A stretch of 64,000 bases of DNA, taken from contig CAVSZB010000007.1 of assembly GCA_963732385.1 (NCBI GenBank), positions 416,001-480,000 on the forward strand. The letters are read 5' to 3'. This document shows, one piece after another, positions 58,010-64,000 of the stretch. Origin of the DNA: an uncultured bacterium (GTDB taxonomy: Bacteria; Krumholzibacteriota; Krumholzibacteriia; LZORAL124-64-63). The translations under genes and the position numbers were made by a program. Position 1 is the first letter of the stretch; each line of letters opens with the position of its first letter. The notes under the pieces were generated by a model, which did not search any database, was not told where the DNA came from, and saw only the letters and a list, made by a program, of their open reading frames with translations.

Positions 58010-60297
58010 GTCTCCTCCTGTTGGCGCTCCAGCGCCTCGGTGCGCGGCAGCAGCACGCGCAGGACAGTCGTGTGATCCGCGCGGACGGCGTGGATCTCCC
58101 CGCCGTGCGCGGCCACGATTTTGCGGCAGATGGAGAGCCCCAGCCCCGTGCCGGCGCTCTTGGTGGTGTAGAACGGGCGGAAGAGCCGCTCCGCGTCCCG
58201 CGGAGCGAAGCCGGCGCCTTCGTCGTGGACCTCCAGGGCCAGCCCGGGACGGATCTGGCCGGAGCCGCTGTGCGCATCACGCAGCTCGAGTCGTGCCTCG
58301 CGCCGCAGGACCAGGACGATGCCGCCGCCTGCCGGCGATGCGTCGAGGGCGTTCAGCAGAAGGTTCAGGATCACCTGCTTGAGTTGCCCCGCATCGACCT
58401 CCTGCGTCCAGGTTCCCGCAGCGGCCGTGGCCGGTTCGAGCCGCAGTTCCAGGCGCACCCTGCGCTCGCCCGCCTTCGGTTCGAGCAGCAGCAGGCAATC
58501 GCGCGCCAGCCCGGACAGATCGGCCGCGCCCAGACGGGGCTCGTAGGGACGCACGAACTGGAGCAGCCTGGTGATGGTCGAGTTGATGCGATCGACCTCG
58601 CCGGTGATGACGTCGAGATAGCGCTTGCGGGAATCGCCCGCCGGCAGCTGGCCCGCCAGCAGTTCGGCCTGGGCGCTCAGTCCCATCAGCGGATTGCGGA
58701 TCTCGTGCGCCAACGCCGCGGACATTTCGACCATGCCCTCGAGGTTGTCGGCCCGGATACGTTCGGCCTCGAGGCGTTTCGCTTCCCGCAGATCCTCGAG
58801 CACGAGCACCAGCCACCGCTCGCCTCTGCGCCGCCCCGGCATGGTCGAGGCCTGCACGAGCACCGGAATCGTCTCGCCGGCATCGCGCAGGATCTGCCCT
58901 TCACCCTGATAGGGCGGCGCCGCGGGCGCCATCAGGCGCGCGAAGGGAACTCCCTCGAGCCCGCCGAGTCGCAGCCGGCCGTCCAGGAACAGCTCCGGCA
59001 GCGCATCGCTGTGCGGAAGCCAGTCCCGCAACGTGTCGGGCGCGGCGTTCTCGACCCGCCCCCGTCCGGTCGCCGTGGCGGCCCCGTCCGGCGCTTCCGC
59101 AACCGGAGCGCCGAGCAGTTCCCGACCGTGCCGGTTGCAGTAGACGGTGCGCGCCTGTTCATCCATCACCCAGATTCCGCTGCGCACGGTGTCGAGGACG
59201 CGGGCGTTGAAGGCGCCGAGCTCGCGGATGCGATCAAGCATCTGGGCGCCCGCGACCTCCTCGGCCAGGATCACCTGCACCGCCTGCAGGAAAGGCGCGC
59301 GTCGCGCGGCCGCCTCGTCGGCCAGCTGCGGCCCGTCGAGCAGCAGCAGATAACCGAGGCGGGCCCCCTGGTGTTCGAGCGGCAACGCCGTGATGGCGCG
59401 TTGGGGAGCGCCGTCGGCCGGCAGATCGCGATCCAGATGGTACACGCCCGGTATCGGCAGGCGGTCGGCGATCGTGTGCGCGACCCGTTCGTCCAGCCTG
59501 ATCAGGATCCGGTCCCAGCGCGCCTCTTCCCAGGCATAGGTCTGCCGGGGGGCGTACGGGGCGCCTGGCGCGGCGCGCAGCACCAACGCCGCGCCTCGCG
59601 CCCCCACGAAGCGCGCCAGACTCTCGAGCAGCCCCGACAGCGCTGCGTCCCAGTTGCGCGCGCTGCTCAGTTCGCGGCCGAAGCGGTAGAGCAGGGCCAG
59701 CTGCGACATGTGGTCGGTGAGTTCCTGGTTGGCCAGTTCGAGGCGGCGCTGCGAGGCGATCAGTTCGTCGCCGACCCGCGACACTTCGTCCTGCAACTGT
59801 CGCCGGTGCGCGTGGAGACGCCGGGCCGTCTCCTCCCCCTGCCGCCGTACGGCGCTGATGCGGCTCCCCTGCTCCCGGCGCGCGTCGAGCCGGTCGATCG
59901 TCTCCGACCAGCGCGCCGCCTCCACCGGCACCGGGAGAGCGTCGAACAGCCCGGCCCGGAACAGACGCGCGCAGGCGCCGGTGTCGAGGTCCCGGAAGAG
60001 CAGGACCACCGCCGCGTCAGGACGCTTCCGCAGCAGTCCGGCAAGCGTTGTGGCCAACTCCCCGGCGCGGTCTCCCGACGTCAGGCAGGTTCCGTCCAGA
60101 ATCACCAGGGGGGCCGGGGTCTCCGCCAGATCTTCCGGCGCGATGTCGCGCCCTGCAGAAGCTGGTCCCAGCAGGCGAACCGCCTCCTCAAGCGTCGCGA
60201 CCAAAGGCCGCCCCGCCGAGCGCCAGCCGGTCGGACCGACCAGAAACGTCTCTTCCGGCAGGGGATCCGGGAGTTCGATCGGTGGCCGCAGAGTCAT
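58006..60297 (-). CDS. Cytoplasmic histidine kinase (receiver-like, coiled coil, GAF, PAS, HisKA, HATPase)
   Basis: LAHEIRNPL, QVILNLLLNALDA, DEGAG, PFYTTK..GTGLGL; no TM helix; translationally coupled to the downstream regulator. Confidence 0.9.
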   Translation of the reverse strand: MTLRPPIELPDPLPEETFLVGPTGWRSAGRPLVATLEEAVRLLGPASAGRDIAPEDLAETPAPLVILDGTCLTSGDRAGELATTLAGLLRKRPDAAVVLLFRDLDTGACARLFRAGLFDALPVPVEAARWSETIDRLDARREQGSRISAVRRQGEETARRLHAHRRQLQDEVSRVGDELIASQRRLELANQELTDHMSQLALLYRFGRELSSARNWDAALSGLLESLARFVGARGAALVLRAAPGAPYAPRQTYAWEEARWDRILIRLDERVAHTIADRLPIPGVYHLDRDLPADGAPQRAITALPLEHQGARLGYLLLLDGPQLADEAAARRAPFLQAVQVILAEEVAGAQMLDRIRELGAFNARVLDTVRSGIWVMDEQARTVYCNRHGRELLGAPVAEAPDGAATATGRGRVENAAPDTLRDWLPHSDALPELFLDGRLRLGGLEGVPFARLMAPAAPPYQGEGQILRDAGETIPVLVQASTMPGRRRGERWLVLVLEDLREAKRLEAERIRADNLEGMVEMSAALAHEIRNPLMGLSAQAELLAGQLPAGDSRKRYLDVITGEVDRINSTITRLLQFVRPYEPRLGAADLSGLARDCLLLLEPKAGERRVRLELRLEPATAAAGTWTQEVDAGQLKQVILNLLLNALDASPAGGGIVLVLRREARLELRDAHSGSGQIRPGLALEVHDEGAGFAPRDAERLFRPFYTTKSAGTGLGLSICRKIVAAHGGEIHAVRADHTTVLRVLLPRTEALERQQEET

Positions 60298-60373
60298 GCC
60301 TCCGGGGCGGGAATAAGGCCTGATCCAGAGCGCCTGCGACCCACCGTAAGGAAATTGGTCAGTTCAGGCAATC

Positions 60374-60407
60374 AAAAAGAAAAGCCGGACGGCCCGCGCC
60401 ATCCGGC
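60374..60407 (-). terminator. Rho-independent terminator after flgM
   Basis: Minus strand GCCGGATGGC-GCGG-GCCGTCCGGC followed by TTTTCTTTTT. Confidence 0.8.
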
Positions 60408-60445
60408 AATCCAGCAAAAATATGAAGCGACCAGTCCCGAAGCGG

Positions 60446-60814
60446 TCAGCCGATCAGGTTCTCCAGCCTGCGCAGGACCGCGTCCAGGCGCTTCGCGACG
60501 GCGCTGCGCACTTCGACCGTGTCATACACCCCTTCGCTCAGACGCGCCCTCGCCTGCGCCACCCGCTCTTCGCGCACCTCGGGCACCGCGGCCAGGGCCT
60601 GCCGGGCCGTCGCCAGGTCGCTCTGGAGCTGCGCCTCGCGGCGCGCGGCCGGCGAGAGGACCAGGCTGTCGCCCGCAGGCTCGACGGCAGGGCGACCAGA
60701 TTCGCCCGCCCCCCCGGTCAACCCGCTGGGCCGACCGGAACCACCCTTGGTCAGCAGACGCTGCAGCAGCGATCCCTGCGGAGAGTTCGCCTGGTCAATG
60801 TTGCGCATGGCCAT
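60446..60814 (-). CDS. flgM: Anti-sigma28 factor FlgM
   Basis: DSLVLSPAA..VPEVREERVAQARARLSEGVY C-terminal FlgM motif. Confidence 0.85.
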   Translation of the reverse strand: MAMRNIDQANSPQGSLLQRLLTKGGSGRPSGLTGGAGESGRPAVEPAGDSLVLSPAARREAQLQSDLATARQALAAVPEVREERVAQARARLSEGVYDTVEVRSAVAKRLDAVLRRLENLIG

Positions 60815-60877
60815 CTCGCTTCACCCTTCTCGTAGTTGCCGGCCGCATGTCCGCGCCGGTCCATCGCGGTTCACCTT

Positions 60878-60893
60878 AGCAATCCCGGTTCCC
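60878..60893 (-). promoter_or_regulatory. Sigma54 -24/-12 promoter upstream of flgM
   Basis: GGGAACCGGGATTGCT (GG-N10-GC). Confidence 0.6.
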
Positions 60894-61063
60894 CGGCGCA
60901 ACCGGAGCGTCCCCGTCGGCGAAAAACGCCCATCGGGCCTGCGCAGCCCCCCGGGGCAGTTCCTGCCGGGCGGTGGGCCCTGTCGGCAAACGCCCGGTCA
61001 CTCCTGCCGGTGGCCGGAAGGTAACCACTCTGCCCAGAGATTCGGCAGGTCCGGTCCCTTTCT

Positions 61064-62200
61064 TTAACGCCCGGCCGGACTGAGGCCAGCCAGCGGCGAT
61101 TGCGCCAGCCGCGCCGCGAGCAGGCGGGCCTCTTCCCATCCTGGGTGTCGCTGCGCCAAAGCAGTGGCCAGTTGCGACGCCTCCGCCACCCGCCCCGTCA
61201 CTGTCAGCAGGACCACTTCCTGCTGCGCCAGTTGGGGTTGTCCGGGATGCCATTGGCTCGCCCGCAGCAGCATAGCGCCGAGGTCGGCCCAGCGTCCCGC
61301 CGCCGCGAGGGTCCGGGCAAGTTCGACCCATACCTGAGCCCAGGCGGGGCAGCTTTCGGTCAGACCGGCCAGCAACTGCGACGCCTCGTCGAGACGCCCC
61401 TGGCGTCGTCGGGCGTGGCCCAGATAGAGGCGAGCCCGCAGCACATGGGCATCCGCCGGCTCGCGCTCCGCCAACTCCTCCAACAGCGGCAGCGCCTCCA
61501 GGGCCTGCCCCTCCTCCACGAGGCGACAGGCCATTTCGAGCCCGGCGCCGCTGCTGCGCGGCTCTTCGGCGAACTTGGCCCTCACCAGACGGCCGTAGAG
61601 ATCGTCCTTCGCCGCCATCACGGACGCAGGGCGCAGCAGTCCGTAGTGGTGAATCGGAATGTCCAGCGCTTCGCTCGACAGGCCAATCTGTCTCGCTGCA
61701 GGCTCCACGCTCTCGTGGACCCTTCCGCGGTAGCGCAGGTCGGAACGGTTCGGGAACAGCCGGGCATTGACGCAGCCGATCCAGCCGGCCTGCCCCTGCT
61801 CCTGGTCCGGGTACTCCCCCGTCACCGGCTGCCATTCGGCGTGCCGCGCACGATCGGCGTAGCTGCGGAACCCGAACAGAAAACAGCGGTCCCGCGTGGC
61901 GCGGCGCACGTGCGTGCGCAGACGCGTCAGGTCCCGAACGGCGATCCGCTCGTCGGCGTCGAGACAGAGGATCCAGCGACCGCGCGCGGCCGCCAGTCCG
62001 GCATTGCGGGCGGCGGCGAAATCGTCACACCAGGGGAAATCGACGACGCGGGCCCCGTGCGCGAGGGCTCGCTCGCGGGTGTCATCTCGAGATCCGGTGT
62101 CCACGACCACCGCCTCGTCATAGAGCGGACGATGCTGTTCCAGCAGCTCCGCCAGCAGTTGAGCTTCGTCCCGCACGATGATCGTCAAGGAGAGCAGCAC
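61064..62200 (-). CDS. Family 2 glycosyltransferase with C-terminal TPRs (candidate flagellin glycosyltransferase)
   Basis: LSLTIIVRDE, VVDTGSRD, WCDDFAAARN, LDADE, YRGRVHE, IHHYG, then TPR helices. Confidence 0.9.
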   Translation of the reverse strand: MLLSLTIIVRDEAQLLAELLEQHRPLYDEAVVVDTGSRDDTRERALAHGARVVDFPWCDDFAAARNAGLAAARGRWILCLDADERIAVRDLTRLRTHVRRATRDRCFLFGFRSYADRARHAEWQPVTGEYPDQEQGQAGWIGCVNARLFPNRSDLRYRGRVHESVEPAARQIGLSSEALDIPIHHYGLLRPASVMAAKDDLYGRLVRAKFAEEPRSSGAGLEMACRLVEEGQALEALPLLEELAEREPADAHVLRARLYLGHARRRQGRLDEASQLLAGLTESCPAWAQVWVELARTLAAAGRWADLGAMLLRASQWHPGQPQLAQQEVVLLTVTGRVAEASQLATALAQRHPGWEEARLLAARLAQSPLAGLSPAGR

Positions 62201-62218
62201 AGCATCCTCCCGGGATCG

Positions 62219-63190
62219 TCAGACCGAATCGAACCCCCACACCGCAAGCCGCAAGGGACCGGGCTGCGGCAGTCCGGACTCGTCAACCCCGCCCAGCCAG
62301 GCGCAGGCTGTCGAATCCCGCGCGGCGCCGCCGACGAGGGTCGCCAGACGCGGGGCGCTCGTCACGCACCACAGCCCGCTCGTATGGGCCACGACCCGCG
62401 CACCATCGGCAGCCAGGCCGGCCGCCATCTCCTCCGCGCCCTGCGGCGCCAGCAACCAGCGCGCCGCCGCATGGGCGCGCAGATGCGCCACAAGGACCGC
62501 TGCGGCTGACGGCTCGCCCCCCCACTCCAGGATCCAACCGGGAAAGTCCTGGCCCTTGCCGCAGAATGCGTAGGCGGCGGGCGCTGCGCCGGCGAACGGC
62601 TCCAGCACCCAACCGCGCGTACCAGGCATTCCATAGAGGAGGGCATTTTCTCCCGGCTCGCGTCGCGTGCGATACGGATGACGCGCGTGCAGAGCCGCCA
62701 CCGCAGCGCCGTCTCCCTGCCCATAGGGACGCACGACCGCGTCCGGGGGTGCTTCGGGGCCACGCCAACCGTCCAGTTCGACGTGGAATTCCACGCCGGC
62801 CGGAGCGAAGCCGCGTGAGCTGTACAACTCCGGACTGTCGCTCCAGAGCACGGCCAGCGGCACGCCCCTCTCCCCCAGGCGCGCGAGGATTTCCGCCTGC
62901 AGAAGACGACTCAGGCCGCGTCCCCGCGACGAGACGGCGGTCACTACGCTGCCGATGGACGCCACTGGCAGTTCGCCCGCGGAGGTCACGCAGGGACGGA
63001 CAAGACAGGCGAGGGCAGCGAGGAATTCGTCGTTCTCCTCCACCACAAGCTGCCAGTCGCGATTCATCTCACCCAGCGCCAGCGGGAAATCGTCGGCTGG
63101 CCCGGTGGGCGAACCGGGACGCCGCAAACCCGACTCCACCAGAGCCAGCAGCCTGCTCCGTTCCCCCGAGCGGACGGTCCGGATGATCAT
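62219..63190 (-). CDS. GNAT (Eis-like) N-acetyltransferase
   Basis: IGSVVT...RGRGL acetyl-CoA motif A, LW..LYSSRGF; tandem GNAT-like fold. Confidence 0.75.
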   Translation of the reverse strand: MIIRTVRSGERSRLLALVESGLRRPGSPTGPADDFPLALGEMNRDWQLVVEENDEFLAALACLVRPCVTSAGELPVASIGSVVTAVSSRGRGLSRLLQAEILARLGERGVPLAVLWSDSPELYSSRGFAPAGVEFHVELDGWRGPEAPPDAVVRPYGQGDGAAVAALHARHPYRTRREPGENALLYGMPGTRGWVLEPFAGAAPAAYAFCGKGQDFPGWILEWGGEPSAAAVLVAHLRAHAAARWLLAPQGAEEMAAGLAADGARVVAHTSGLWCVTSAPRLATLVGGAARDSTACAWLGGVDESGLPQPGPLRLAVWGFDSV

Positions 63191-63261
63191 GGATATTCCC
63201 CGCCGCGAATTGCCCGGCGCAGGAGGCAGAATGCACTCCTCGTACGTGATTTCATATCAAG

Positions 63262-63277
63262 GGGCATGCCAATTGCA
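63262..63277 (+). promoter_or_regulatory. Sigma54 -24/-12 promoter upstream of flagellin
   Basis: GGGCATGCCAATTGCA (GG-N10-GC), about 205 nt before the ATG. Confidence 0.65.
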
Positions 63278-63482
63278 ATATGCCCCCGCCATAGAGGCCG
63301 TCGGACCTTGCCCGTTGCCCGGTCGGCCGACGCAGACAAATTTTCGAAGCGCTGAAAATGCAACGGGATGGAGCACGCACCGGTCGACGCGGCCAGCGCC
63401 GGCAGGGCGGAAAAAATGGACCACGGGCCAGGAAGGCCCGGGCAGAAATGGCCGAAGGATCGAGTGAAGGGGGCAAGGAACG

Positions 63483-64000
63483 ATGGGACTCCGCGTAAAC
63501 ACGAACGTAGCGTCGATCAACGCGCAGCGCAGTCTGATGGTGAACACCACGCTGCTGGGCAAGTCGCTGGAAAAGCTCAGTTCCGGACTGCGGATCAACC
63601 GCGCCGGGGATGATGCCGCCGGTCTGGCGATCTCCGAGAGCCTGAAGTCGGACATCCGCGCGCTGCAGCAGGCGTCGCGCAATGCGGCCGACGGCATCTC
63701 CATGATCCAGACCGCCGAAGGCGGACTCGAGGAGGTCAGCGGCATCCTGATCCGCATGCGGGAACTGGCGGAACAGGCGGCCACCGGCACGCTCGGCGAG
63801 GACGAGCGGACCTACCTCGATTCGGAATTCCAGCAGTTGATTCTCGAGGTGAGCCGGATCGCCGACTCGACCGAGTTCAACGGCACGAAGCTGCTCGACG
63901 GATCAATCGCCCAACTCGACATCCAGGTGGGCATTGGTACCCAGTCTGACTCGCAGGTAACACTGATGCTCGGGGCCGGCATGCGGGCCGACGACCTGAA
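63483..64000 (+). CDS. fliC: Flagellin (5' part; runs off the window's right edge)
   Basis: Manual translation: MGLRVNTNVASINAQR..LEKLSSGLRINRAGDDAAGLAISE..QTAEGGL..RMRELA..TEFNGTKLLDG. Confidence 0.97.
   Translation, partial: MGLRVNTNVASINAQRSLMVNTTLLGKSLEKLSSGLRINRAGDDAAGLAISESLKSDIRALQQASRNAADGISMIQTAEGGLEEVSGILIRMRELAEQAATGTLGEDERTYLDSEFQQLILEVSRIADSTEFNGTKLLDGSIAQLDIQVGIGTQSDSQVTLMLGAGMRADDL

Noticed and set aside
60900..61060. Possible c-di-GMP-I riboswitch upstream of flgM (GGCAAAC seed)
   Set aside because: Wrong strand for flgM, and it lacks the GAAA tetraloop stem and the GACGCAAAGC segment.
63432..63458. Possible sigma28 promoter (GAAG-N15-GCCGAAGG) before fliC
   Set aside because: Poor match at both boxes in a GC-rich background, and it overlaps the GGA hairpins. 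It cannot be fully excluded.

Overview
GC-rich (visually about 70%) chromosomal window with nearly all genes on the minus strand. The left third (1-25.2 kb) holds housekeeping and envelope genes: topA (partial), secA, J-domain/TPR proteins, a polyprenol-kinase-like membrane protein, Slt and MltD-like lytic transglycosylases, an M6 metalloprotease with a FlgD-Ig/T9SS-like C-terminus, guaA-purH-purC, comEC, a GGDEF protein, a PorV-like barrel and a sigma54 activator. The right two thirds (25.2-64 kb) are a large flagellar locus: flgBC-fliEFGHIJ-motE-like-fliK-flgDE-flbD-motAB-fliLMNOPQR-flhBAF-fliA, then three HDOD genes and a CheY-like gene. It also carries two sigma54 two-component systems, flgM, a GT2-TPR glycosyltransferase, a GNAT and a divergent flagellin (partial). 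The PorV-like gene, the FlgD-Ig C-terminal domain and the long SecA suggest an FCB-affiliated candidate lineage such as Krumholzibacteriota, Latescibacterota or Eisenbacteria (inference only). The most unusual signal is an apparently rewired flagellar regulatory system. FliA carries a C-terminal hydrophobic, TM-like tail. Sigma54 -24/-12 elements precede six flagellar units, including flgM and flagellin, with no clear sigma28 promoter. FlhF looks catalytically degenerate and has no adjacent flhG, one kinase lacks a sensor domain, an HDOD/CheY module follows fliA, and the FliK ruler is tandemly expanded. No rRNA, tRNA, CRISPR or mobile element was recognised. All calls come from reading motifs by eye; no database searches were run.
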